In this document: positions 29,989-38,681 of the stretch, in pieces | Layout of the letters: every line of letters starts with the position of its first letter | How positions within the stretch are numbered: position 1 is the stretch's first letter | DNA from: a bacterium | Lineage (GTDB): Bacteria > Krumholzibacteriota > Krumholzibacteriia > G020349025 | Length of the DNA stretch: 64,000 bases | Direction of reading: 5' to 3' | Assembly (NCBI GenBank): GCA_031362565.1 | Contig: JANLSU010000078.1 | Location: 1-64,000 of the forward strand | Notes under the pieces: model-generated | The model's database searches: none | Told to the model about the DNA's origin: nothing | Seen by the model: the letters and a program-made list of their open reading frames with translations, nothing else | Program-made: the position numbers and the translations under genes

Positions 29989-30408
29989 ATGTCGCTCGAA
30001 GCGCTCGTCCTCAGGACAGGCGACGATGCGCCGGTGGCTGTGCTCGCACTGTACGGTGAAGTGAACAGCGAAACCGTGTCCAAGATGGATACGCACGTCG
30101 CGACGCTCATGCGCCAGTTCGGGAAAGTCGTCGTCGACTTCACGCATACCGTGTACGTGAGTTCCGCCGGCTGGCGCGGACTCATGGACGAATCTTCGAA
30201 AAAGGGACCGGCGCGCCTGGCCGTCGCGGGCATGCAGCCGTCGGTGCGTGACGTGTACGACTTGCTCGGGATGGCGTACCTCATCACGGCCTATGACACG
30301 GTACGTGAGGCGGTCGTGGGTGTCGCAGGCGCCGCAGGTGTCGCGGGCCCCGTCCCCGGCGCTCCAGCGCCGCGCAACGCCAAGACCGGCATCACCTCGG
30401 CGTCATGA
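29989..30408 (+). CDS. STAS domain anti-sigma factor antagonist
   Basis: LYGEVN, VVVDFTHTVYVSSAG, VRDVYDLLGM. GGAGG RBS. Confidence 0.85.
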   Translation: MSLEALVLRTGDDAPVAVLALYGEVNSETVSKMDTHVATLMRQFGKVVVDFTHTVYVSSAGWRGLMDESSKKGPARLAVAGMQPSVRDVYDLLGMAYLITAYDTVREAVVGVAGAAGVAGPVPGAPAPRNAKTGITSAS

Positions 30409-30418
30409 GATCGTGACC

Positions 30419-30691
30419 ATGAGTGATCCGATCATCGACGACGTGCAGGAGCAGATCGACGCCTTCGTGGCGCGCGTGCGTGAGACGTTCGACGTCGCCC
30501 GCTATCCGGGAATGACGGACAGCAAGCGATTCGACCGCGCTTGTGACGACGCGGAAGCGGCGTTCGAGCGCTTGAAATACATGTTCAACGACTATTTGGT
30601 GACGCGCTGGGCCGCCGAAGCGGCTCCCTTGTTGGAAAGTACGGCGCGCCGCTCGCAACATCGGGCCGCGAAGGAACGGGATTCCGCATGA
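30419..30691 (+). CDS. Hypothetical helical protein (90 aa)
   Basis: Protein-like composition from MSDPIIDD. Stop overlaps the next ATG. Confidence 0.6.
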   Translation: MSDPIIDDVQEQIDAFVARVRETFDVARYPGMTDSKRFDRACDDAEAAFERLKYMFNDYLVTRWAAEAAPLLESTARRSQHRAAKERDSA

Positions 30692-31638
30692 CGTTGGCCC
30701 CGGCGCCGCCGCGCCCACCGCTGGGCGCCGTGCCCACCGCCGCAAAGTCGGCGGTGCGTGCGACCGAAGCCGGCAAGGTGAAACTGCCGGCCGCGCAGAC
30801 CGCGCTCCCGCCCGATACCCGGGCGCTCGACCGCCGCATTTGGGCCAACTGGCTGCTGATCGCCGGCATGTGCGTCGTCATCACGGTCGGCCTGGCGGCC
30901 GGTGTACTGCCGCTCGTGCGCGCCCACACCGACAGCCCGTGGCCGTGGCCCGAGACCGAGTCGGGGCTCATTCTGGCGCTGACGGTGGCGGTTTTCGCCT
31001 TGACCGCCTTTCTCACCTGGCAGCAACGCCGCCTGAACCGGCTCCGCAACGAACTCGAGGCGATGCACGAAATGGCGCTGGTCCGGATGCGCCGTCATTA
31101 CGACCGGCTGATGGCGCTGCTGAGCGTCAGCCAGATCATGGGCTCCGAAACCGACGTGCAAACGATTTTCGACACCATCACCAACACCTGCATGCAGACC
31201 TTCGACTGCGAACAAGTGTCGCTGATGATCGTCGACACGGATTCGCAGGAGGTCGAGTTGGTCGTGCGCTCGGCGGCCGGCCACACGGACCGCGACGCGA
31301 TCCTGGGCGCACGGCACCGGGTCGGCGAAGGCGTTTCGGGGTGCGTCGCCGAGAGCCGGACGCCGCTCATCCTGGGGCCGAATCCGATTCCGGCGCGCCA
31401 GGTCGGCACCGAACACCAGGCCGCAAGCCTCACCGCCGCCATGGTGGTTCCGATCTTGGTGCGCGGCGAACTCGTCGGCGTGCTGAACGCCGGCACCCGC
31501 CGCTCAGAAGCACGCTACGACGACGAAGACCTGCGCGCCCTGCAAGTCTTCGCCGAAAACGCCGGCACGTGCATCCGCCACGCCGAGCAATCGCACTGGA
31601 TGCGGCAGACCATCGCGTCGCTGCGGGTCGCGCACTGA
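30688..31638 (+). CDS. Two-TM protein with GAF domain
   Basis: Two TM helices, coiled coil, GAF domain (GEGVSG, MVVPI..GELVGVLN). Confidence 0.8.
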   Translation: MTLAPAPPRPPLGAVPTAAKSAVRATEAGKVKLPAAQTALPPDTRALDRRIWANWLLIAGMCVVITVGLAAGVLPLVRAHTDSPWPWPETESGLILALTVAVFALTAFLTWQQRRLNRLRNELEAMHEMALVRMRRHYDRLMALLSVSQIMGSETDVQTIFDTITNTCMQTFDCEQVSLMIVDTDSQEVELVVRSAAGHTDRDAILGARHRVGEGVSGCVAESRTPLILGPNPIPARQVGTEHQAASLTAAMVVPILVRGELVGVLNAGTRRSEARYDDEDLRALQVFAENAGTCIRHAEQSHWMRQTIASLRVAH

Positions 31639-31836
31639 CGGACTGCTGAACAAATCGCGTCGCCACTGCCCATGGCAGCGCCGGCGCTCCAGCTCGAAAC
31701 GGCTCGAGGCGATCATCGGATCGCGTGGGATCGTCGCGAGTCAGGCGGTGGGGAGGTGGCGCGCGGGGCGTACTTCGCACAGCTGCGCGCCAACCAGAAG
31801 GCCGTCACGCGACGCGTCGTGCTCCGGCACCGGTAG

Positions 31837-32670
31837 TCAATGCACCAACGAAGCTTGGGCCGAGTCCACGGCGGCGACCGCCGGCACTGGCGGTGCGGCG
31901 TCCTCGGCGGTGGCGCGGCGCAGGTCCTCGACCGGCTCGTTGGGATTGAGCTCGGTCAGCACGATGTCGACACGGCGGTTGCGGCGGCGGCCTTCGGGCG
32001 TGTGATTGGTGTCGACGGGACGGGTGTCGGCGTAGCCTGCGACACTCAACCGCTTCTCGGGAACGCCGGCGAGTTCGTGCAGTACATCGACCACCGCGAC
32101 AGCGCGCGCAGTCGACAGATCCCAGTTCGAGCGGAAGTGCGGTGAGCGAACACGAATCGAGTCCGTGTGGCCCTCGATGCGAATGGGGTACTGCAAGTCG
32201 AGCACCGCGTCACCCAACGTACGCAAGTCTTCGACGCTCTCGGCGGTCAAGGTCGCGGAACCGGTTTCGAAGAAGCCGACGTCCTGCAAGCGCACCACCA
32301 GATTGCCGTGCTCCACTTCGATCGAAATGCGACTATTGACGATGGCGCTCCGCAGTTTTTGCCGCAGGAGTTCGCGGATCTGCCGTAGATCGACACCGCT
32401 CGTGCGGCCGGTAACGACGACATTCGTCGGCGCGATGGAAGACGATCCGCCGCTCTTGCCGCCGTCGGAGCGCGCCGGCGTCAGTGGCGGCCCGTTCCAC
32501 ATCGTTACGGCGCGGACCGATTCGGTGAATCGGCCGACCTTGTTGCTGTCGACTTGCGACACGGCAAACATGACGACGAAGAACGCAAACAGCAGCGTAA
32601 TGAAGTCGGCGTACGAGATCAGCCACCGCTCGTGGTTGACATGCTCTGGATGTTTTTTCTTTCTTGCCAT
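31837..32670 (-). CDS. motB: Flagellar stator protein MotB
   Basis: WLISYADFITLLFAFF and OmpA domain IEGHTD, SNWDLS, NRRVDI. Confidence 0.95.
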   Translation of the reverse strand: MARKKKHPEHVNHERWLISYADFITLLFAFFVVMFAVSQVDSNKVGRFTESVRAVTMWNGPPLTPARSDGGKSGGSSSIAPTNVVVTGRTSGVDLRQIRELLRQKLRSAIVNSRISIEVEHGNLVVRLQDVGFFETGSATLTAESVEDLRTLGDAVLDLQYPIRIEGHTDSIRVRSPHFRSNWDLSTARAVAVVDVLHELAGVPEKRLSVAGYADTRPVDTNHTPEGRRRNRRVDIVLTELNPNEPVEDLRRATAEDAAPPVPAVAAVDSAQASLVH

Positions 32671-32715
32671 GGCACGCTCGGGCCTCCTTGCCCGTCCGGC
32701 ACCGAACGCAGGCGG

Positions 32716-33501
32716 TTATTTTTCGGCGGCCGGCTTGGCGGCCTTCTTGCCGTGGCCATGGCCGGCGAAAAAGCTCTCGAGCTTGTCCTTGATGGTGGCG
32801 GGGTTCTGGCCTTCCTGGATGCCGATCGCGCCCTCGATGATCATCGCCAGACCCATCGTTTGGTTCGCCGCCAGCAGCTTGAGTTTGTTGGCGGCCGGCA
32901 GAAAAAAGATGTTGGCGGTAGCGACGCCGTAGATCGTCGCAACGAACGCCACGGCGATACCCTCGCCGACCTTGGCGACGTCCGACAGGTTCTGCATGAC
33001 GTGGATCAGGCCCATGACGGCGCCGATGATCCCGACGGTCGGGCAAAAGCCGCCGGCTGCTTCCCAGACCTTCGCCGACTTCTCGGCTTCTTCTTCCGAG
33101 TGCGACATCATGAGTTCCAGATTTTCGCGCATAGCGTTCGAGTCGGCGCCGTCGATGGCCATCATCATCGCCTTCGTGAGGAAGGGATCGCTGGCTTGTT
33201 TGACCGCACCTTCGAGCGACACGAGGCCGTCACGCCGCGCCTGCTGGGCAAACTCGGCGATCTCCGCGACGAGTTTGTCGAGATCCCGCGGCTTGTGCAT
33301 GAAGATCAACTTCATGTCCTTGCACGCCTTGAGAAAAACCGGCAGTGGAAAGCTGATCATCGTCGCGCCGATCGTGCCGCCTAGCACGATGATGGCGGCG
33401 GTGAGTTGCAGCAACGACTGCAGGTGGCCGCCTTCCATGGCATTGCCACCCAAGATGCAGCCTAATCCGACGACGAGGCCCAGAATGGTCGCGAGATCCA
33501 C
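32716..33501 (-). CDS. motA: Flagellar stator protein MotA
   Basis: ARRDGLVSLE, AGGFCPTVGIIGAVMGLI, AFVATIYG. Confidence 0.95.
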   Translation of the reverse strand: MDLATILGLVVGLGCILGGNAMEGGHLQSLLQLTAAIIVLGGTIGATMISFPLPVFLKACKDMKLIFMHKPRDLDKLVAEIAEFAQQARRDGLVSLEGAVKQASDPFLTKAMMMAIDGADSNAMRENLELMMSHSEEEAEKSAKVWEAAGGFCPTVGIIGAVMGLIHVMQNLSDVAKVGEGIAVAFVATIYGVATANIFFLPAANKLKLLAANQTMGLAMIIEGAIGIQEGQNPATIKDKLESFFAGHGHGKKAAKPAAEK

Positions 33502-33504
33502 GCG

Positions 33505-33741
33505 TCACTTCCCGGCCGGTAGCGAACGTGACCCCGCATGCTGCGGGTCGGAGGCGAACGCCGCGACGAGGGCGCGGCGGAACCCGATCACCAAATCGAC
33601 GATTTCCTGGATGGATTCTCGGACGACGACGGTGTCACCGTTCGTCAGGCGCACGACAGAGTCCGGCGTTTCCTCGACACTGACGATGAGATCCGGGTTG
33701 ATGGCCAAGACCTGACCCTTCAACCGTGTCAGCATGATCAC
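33505..33741 (-). CDS. flbD: Flagellar FlbD family protein
   Basis: MIMLTRLKG..INPDLI..VEETPDSVVRL. Confidence 0.9.
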   Translation of the reverse strand: MIMLTRLKGQVLAINPDLIVSVEETPDSVVRLTNGDTVVVRESIQEIVDLVIGFRRALVAAFASDPQHAGSRSLPAGK

Positions 33742-33773
33742 GGTTTCCCCTCCTCCCATCGGCTTCGCCGGCT

Positions 33774-34133
33774 TCAGCTCGGCCGTTTCAAGCCCAGTAG
33801 TTCGAGCAGGCGGTCGGTGATCTCTTGCGTCACTTGCCGCGTTTCGTAGTATCCGGTCTCGACACGGCCGCGGATGGACTCGATCTTGGCACGATCGAGT
33901 TGCGCCTCTTCGCCGCTGTTGGCACGTTCGAGCGACGCCGGGCCGCGCTCTGTCTGAGCTGCGTGCAGGCCGCGTGCCGTACCGGAGATTTCAATGCGGT
34001 CGTTTCCAGCCGCGGGCGCCGCGGCGTCCTTGGCTTTGTCTTGTACCTGCGGCTCCACGCCGCGCGCCGGGTCGACGTCCGCATTTTGACGGCCCACCTT
34101 GCGCATCGGACCCTCACCGTTCGTAACTTTCAT
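33774..34133 (-). CDS. flgM: Anti-sigma28 factor FlgM
   Basis: DRIEIS and KIESIRGRVETGYY..ITDRLL; position in flagellar cluster. Confidence 0.75.
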   Translation of the reverse strand: MKVTNGEGPMRKVGRQNADVDPARGVEPQVQDKAKDAAAPAAGNDRIEISGTARGLHAAQTERGPASLERANSGEEAQLDRAKIESIRGRVETGYYETRQVTQEITDRLLELLGLKRPS

Positions 34134-34158
34134 GTCGTTCTCCCAGACCGACGCCCTG

Positions 34159-35589
34159 TCAGAACGCGGTCATCGAAGCCAAGACGCCCAGCATGGAGCT
34201 CATCGACTGCTGCATGGCAGACGCCTCCTGGATCGCTCCGTACTGCTGAGTCAGCCGGTCGCGCTCCAAGTCCTGCAAATGTCCGAGCTGTTTGATCCTC
34301 GCGTCGAGCATTTTCTTCTGAATCTGGACGCCGTCGCTGCTGGACGCGAGAACGCCGCCCGACCGCGTGTAGCTGTCGAGCTCCCTCTCCAGACGTTTGC
34401 CGATGCCGTTCGTCGAGTCGAACAGGCTGGCCAGACTGTCCAACTTGCCGTCCAGAGCCGCATCGAACTTGCTGGCGTCGCTGATGGTGAAGACGCCCGC
34501 CCGGTCGGAGGTGATTCCAACCTGCGCCAGTGCGATCATGTCTGGGTTGCTTGCCGTGCTGACGTCGCCGGCCAGCCCAACGCGGATCTTCTGGGCCAGC
34601 GTCGTATACCCATAGTCGCCGGCTAGTGCACCGCGCTCAAGGGTGTTGCGATCGACCGCGGTCTTGCTGGTCAAGTAGGAAGCGACCGCGTTGTACGCAT
34701 CCAGGAAGCCCTGGACCTTGGTCTTGATCGAGGCCGTGTTGACGCCGACTTTGACCGAAACCGCAGCATCCGATACCGCCTGAGCCGCCTTCAGTGTCAA
34801 GGTGGCGCCGGAGATGACGTCCGTCAGGACGTTCGTCGAGCGGGTGATCTGAATCCCATCGACGGTCAATTTGGCGTCGAGCTCGTGATTCCCCAGGTCG
34901 GCGTGCAGGTACCCGCCGGCTGTCGCGCCGGCGGCCGTCGTGTTGGTGAGCCCCATCGCTCCCAACAGGCCGCTGGTGTCGGTGAAATGCATCCCGTGGG
35001 CGCTGCCGGTGTCGCCGCTCGTCAGCGATAGGCGCGTCGTGGTGTCGGAATCGGCGATGGCGGCAGCACGCGCGCTGCTGCCCGTGACGGAATTGATCGC
35101 CGTCGCCACGGATTCCATGATCGATTTGTTGGTCTGCCCAGCAGTGATGTTCACGCTGACGACGAACTGGTGGTCGTCGACGGCGACGGTGAAGGTCTTG
35201 GTCCCAACCATCGTCCCGGCGAGCGTCGTTCCCGACGCGCTCAACTGGTCCGAAAGGACCGAGTGGGCCTGCGCCAGTTGGTCGACGTGCACCGCGTGGC
35301 TCAATTTGGAGGCCGCAGTCGTGACGCTGACGGCAAGAATCGCGTCGTTGCTCACCGTAGCCGTCCGCGCTGCGAACGGTGACAGGGCACCCGACGACGA
35401 AAAATCGGTAGCGATGCGTTTCAAGGCGGTGAGCTTGGTCCGCAGATCCGTGAAGATCGCCGACCGCACGTCGAGTGCGTCGCGATCGCCCTGCGTCTTC
35501 TTGACGCGCGAGTTCGACTGCGCCATGAACAAACTCAAGAACTGCACCAGCTCCGCCGACTGCACGGATTGCTGGCCACTGATGTTCAT
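34159..35589 (-). CDS. fliD: Flagellar filament cap FliD
   Basis: VDQLAQAH, DAKLTVDGI..RSTN..ISGATLTL, FLDAYN. Confidence 0.9.
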   Translation of the reverse strand: MNISGQQSVQSAELVQFLSLFMAQSNSRVKKTQGDRDALDVRSAIFTDLRTKLTALKRIATDFSSSGALSPFAARTATVSNDAILAVSVTTAASKLSHAVHVDQLAQAHSVLSDQLSASGTTLAGTMVGTKTFTVAVDDHQFVVSVNITAGQTNKSIMESVATAINSVTGSSARAAAIADSDTTTRLSLTSGDTGSAHGMHFTDTSGLLGAMGLTNTTAAGATAGGYLHADLGNHELDAKLTVDGIQITRSTNVLTDVISGATLTLKAAQAVSDAAVSVKVGVNTASIKTKVQGFLDAYNAVASYLTSKTAVDRNTLERGALAGDYGYTTLAQKIRVGLAGDVSTASNPDMIALAQVGITSDRAGVFTISDASKFDAALDGKLDSLASLFDSTNGIGKRLERELDSYTRSGGVLASSSDGVQIQKKMLDARIKQLGHLQDLERDRLTQQYGAIQEASAMQQSMSSMLGVLASMTAF

Positions 35590-35948
35590 GCTTCGCTCCA
35601 CTCACGCGGGGCGGGCGCGTTGCCGCCCTTTGCTAGAACCTCGGTCCAAGAGGTACGTAGTTCTTCGAGTGTCGAAAGTGCCATCGAGAACTCGCCGCTG
35701 CGTACTTGCTCGAGAACGTATTCGTAGACGCGGTACAGCGGCCCGGATACATCGAGATATGTCAAATCGAGCGCGCCCATCAGTTCAACAAGGCCGCGGC
35801 GAGCGTTGGCGACGTCAGCGCGGCGGCAGCAGCCGATGGTGTAATCATAAAGAATGAGCACGAGCTGTCCGGGAGAAGCACCGGCGATTTGGCTCGCGGC
35901 GTAAGTCCCGACGGCTTCGCGCGCGGTAATTCCCCGTTCATCGCTCAC
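35586..35948 (-). CDS. fliS: Flagellin chaperone FliS
   Basis: ASPGQLVLILYD, ELMGALD, LYRVYEY, ELRTSW. Confidence 0.88.
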   Translation of the reverse strand: MSDERGITAREAVGTYAASQIAGASPGQLVLILYDYTIGCCRRADVANARRGLVELMGALDLTYLDVSGPLYRVYEYVLEQVRSGEFSMALSTLEELRTSWTEVLAKGGNAPAPREWSEA

Positions 35949-35966
35949 GATCGCTCCTCCGGTGGA

Positions 35967-35995
35967 AACCCGGGGGGCTCAACGCCCCCCGGGTT
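35967..35995 (-). terminator. Hairpin after flagellin
   Basis: aacccggggggc-tcaac-gccccccgggtt perfect 12-bp stem. Confidence 0.7.
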
Positions 35996-36011
35996 CGTCT
36001 CGAACTTGCGC

Positions 36012-36857
36012 TTAACCCTGCAGAATCAGGCGCATGACGCCCTGCGGCGCGGCATTCGCCTGGGCCAACATCGCGGTTGCCGCCTGTGACAACAGCGAGT
36101 ACTTCACGAGCTCAACCTGCTCCTGCGCCATGTCCGCATTCATGATGCGGTTGTGCGTCGCGAGCTGGTTGTTGATCGCCGTGGAGATGTTGCCTTCCTT
36201 GATTCCGACGCGCAGCTGCGTCGAACCAAGCGTCTGCAGACTCGAGTTCACGGTCGTGATGGCCGCGTTGACCGCCGCCAGGGCCGTCGACGCGTTTGAA
36301 GTCGAGTCGACCGCGAGTGCCGCGTCGTTGACGCCGAGGCCGGTGGCGCCATGGTTCTGCGACACCGAGAACGACAGCGTGTCGGTCGAACCCTGGCCGA
36401 CCTGGAACTGCTTGCTCGTGAACGTGCCGTCGAGCAGCTTCTGGCCGCCCCACTGGGTCGTGTTCACGATGTCGTCGACTTCGCTCGCGAGCTGGTCGAG
36501 CTGGCTCTCCACCGCGGTGCGCTCGTCCGTGCCGAGCGTGTCACTGGCGGCTTGGAGGACTTTTTCCTTCATGACCAGGAGGATCTCGTTGATCGACTGC
36601 ATGCCGCCTTCGGCCGTCGACACCAGGTTCGACACGTCACCGATGTTGTCACGCGCGACGACCAGACCACGCGTCTTCGACTCGAGGTTCTTCGCAAAAA
36701 CCAACCCTGCCGGGTCATCGCCAGCCTGGTTGATGCGCTTGCCGGTCGCGATGCGGAGCTGATGCATCGCCAGGTTCGAGTTGGCGTCGCGGAGCGCCTT
36801 CAACGCGTTCAAGGCGCCGATATTGGTATTGATCCGCGACAGATCCGGGCCTGCCAT
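36012..36857 (-). CDS. fliC: Flagellin (short, 281 aa)
   Basis: RINTNIGAL, RIATGKRINQAGDDPAG, TAEG, RIMNADMA, MLAQAN. Confidence 0.96.
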   Translation of the reverse strand: MAGPDLSRINTNIGALNALKALRDANSNLAMHQLRIATGKRINQAGDDPAGLVFAKNLESKTRGLVVARDNIGDVSNLVSTAEGGMQSINEILLVMKEKVLQAASDTLGTDERTAVESQLDQLASEVDDIVNTTQWGGQKLLDGTFTSKQFQVGQGSTDTLSFSVSQNHGATGLGVNDAALAVDSTSNASTALAAVNAAITTVNSSLQTLGSTQLRVGIKEGNISTAINNQLATHNRIMNADMAQEQVELVKYSLLSQAATAMLAQANAAPQGVMRLILQG

Positions 36858-36978
36858 GTGGGTCCCCTTTCACAATTTAGGACGCAGTCCGTGCCAGGAG
36901 CTTGGGCGCCGGTGAGCGGCGCCGGCTGCGAAGCGTCCGTGCCTTCTGGCCGGTGCGTCGCTCTTGGCTCCAGGGACT

Positions 36979-37005
36979 TCATCGCAAGCCTGAGCCCGAA
37001 CTTGA
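36979..37005 (-). promoter_or_regulatory. sigma28-like promoter candidate for fliC
   Basis: TCAAG-N14-TGCGATGA on the minus strand, an imperfect match to the sigma28 consensus. Confidence 0.35.
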
Positions 37006-38655
37006 GCCGTCTGGACGTGCAGCACCGCGGAATGAATCGGCAACCACAGGATGCGGCCCACCCGCATTGGCAACCTGCGGATCCCCTGCCATCGGTGCGG
37101 GCAGTGCATCCGGCACTGCGACCGGCGTCCGGCGTGGTGCCGGCAGTGTTTCCGGCAGCAGCACGCCAAGCTTGGCAGGCATCACCGGCGACGTTGGCGG
37201 CGCGCCGGCCGGCGCCGGCGTATCGGCCATGACTCGAAAGCCATCCTTGTCGATGTGATAGTCGACGATCTGCTTCGAGTGGTCGCTGCCGGCATGCTTG
37301 GTCACCGCAATGACGCGCCGCGACCAGTCCTTGTGCGTCGAAGCCGTGAGCCGAATGACCGTGTTCGCCAAGTAACTGTAGTCCGGCACGTCACCCGCCT
37401 GGATGCCACCCAATTGCCGGATCTCGTTCAACACGATCGACGTCGTTCCAGCCGCCTGGAACAGTGCTGCAAGCACGAGGACGTAGTCACGGACGCGATC
37501 CTCGTCCTTCACCGCCGCCCACAAGTCGTCGATGCTGTCGAGAACGAGACGGCGCGGCTGCGTGGTCCGCAGATCGCGCATCAGGCCATCGATCATTTCC
37601 TCGACGCACAGGGTCGTGGGATCGTGGTGGCGAATGAGCAGCGCGCCACTGCGATACGCCGCCGACCAGTCCATTTGCAGCGATTGAGCCTGGGCCAGAA
37701 TCTGGTCCGGCGTATTCTTGATGCTGAGCAAGAGGCAATTCTCGCCGGCGCGTAGGCCGGAGTCGATGAAGTGTTGCGCCAGCACGGATTTGCCGGTCCC
37801 GGGCGGGCCGGAGACGAGGTTCAGCGAACCATTCCAGAGCCCGCCATCCAACATCGCGTCGACACCGCGGACGCCCGTCGACACGCGGGTGCGATCGGGC
37901 TTTGCCAGGTCGCCCATGATGCGATGCACGTCCACCGGGCGCAGACGTGGATACACGACGACACCTTCAGGCCCGAGCTTGAAAGGATGGCGCCCCGAGA
38001 GATGCGGTTGGCCGCGCGTCTTCCGCACCTCGATTTGGCGCAAGTTCTCGCCCCCGCCCGTCGAGTTGACGTTGTGCAGCCGGATCGACGCATCGACCAA
38101 GTACTCCTCGAAGGCGATCGTTTCATCGTTCAGACGGTCGAGTTCCTTGACCAGGATGGACGTGATGCCCCGCAGCTTGAGAGCGTTCAGAATCTGGCCC
38201 AGTAGTTCGCGCAAGCCTTGCTCTTCGGCGGTGACACGCCGGAAGTGGGTGATGCTGTCGATGACGAGCCGGCGAACGCCGATTTCCTCGACGATCTTGT
38301 CGACCAGATCCAGCTTGCCGCTGAAACTCTTCAGAATGCGCGCCGGCGGCGTCCACACCAGACGCAGCAGGCCGGCGGCTTCAAGCGGCTTCAGGTCGAT
38401 TCCAAACTGCAGAGCCTCGAGGTACACCTGGCGCGGAAATTCTTCGAAGGTGATCATGAGTGCCGGCTCGGAGTATTTGACGATGCCTTCGTAGAGAATC
38501 CGCATCGCGACGCTGCTCTTGCCGCTGCCGGGTGGGCCCTCGATGAGCAAGCTGTTGCCGCGCACGAGGCCGCCGTCCAGGAGGTGGTCCAGTCCGGCGA
38601 TGCCGGTCGGCATCCGTTCAAAACCTTGCCCAGGGTCGGTGATCGCGGTGCGCAT
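36979..38655 (-). CDS. Double-domain KaiC-like (RAD55 family) ATPase
   Basis: TGIAGLD..GG, GPPGSGKS, TFEE, IDS, KTRG, then a second domain TGVRGVD, GPPGTGKS, LDS. Confidence 0.9.
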   Translation of the reverse strand: MRTAITDPGQGFERMPTGIAGLDHLLDGGLVRGNSLLIEGPPGSGKSSVAMRILYEGIVKYSEPALMITFEEFPRQVYLEALQFGIDLKPLEAAGLLRLVWTPPARILKSFSGKLDLVDKIVEEIGVRRLVIDSITHFRRVTAEEQGLRELLGQILNALKLRGITSILVKELDRLNDETIAFEEYLVDASIRLHNVNSTGGGENLRQIEVRKTRGQPHLSGRHPFKLGPEGVVVYPRLRPVDVHRIMGDLAKPDRTRVSTGVRGVDAMLDGGLWNGSLNLVSGPPGTGKSVLAQHFIDSGLRAGENCLLLSIKNTPDQILAQAQSLQMDWSAAYRSGALLIRHHDPTTLCVEEMIDGLMRDLRTTQPRRLVLDSIDDLWAAVKDEDRVRDYVLVLAALFQAAGTTSIVLNEIRQLGGIQAGDVPDYSYLANTVIRLTASTHKDWSRRVIAVTKHAGSDHSKQIVDYHIDKDGFRVMADTPAPAGAPPTSPVMPAKLGVLLPETLPAPRRTPVAVPDALPAPMAGDPQVANAGGPHPVVADSFRGAARPDGSSSGSGLR

Positions 38656-38681
38656 GTGGGTGCCGTTTCGTTGGTTTGGAT

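Noticed and set aside
31630..31836. Frameshifted GGDEF remnant (LTGLLN-like) after the GAF gene
   Set aside because: It needs an inserted base, and the downstream sequence shows no GGDEF features.
36880..36897. sigma54 site TGGCAC...TGC upstream of fliC
   Set aside because: The GG to GC spacing is 8 rather than 10.
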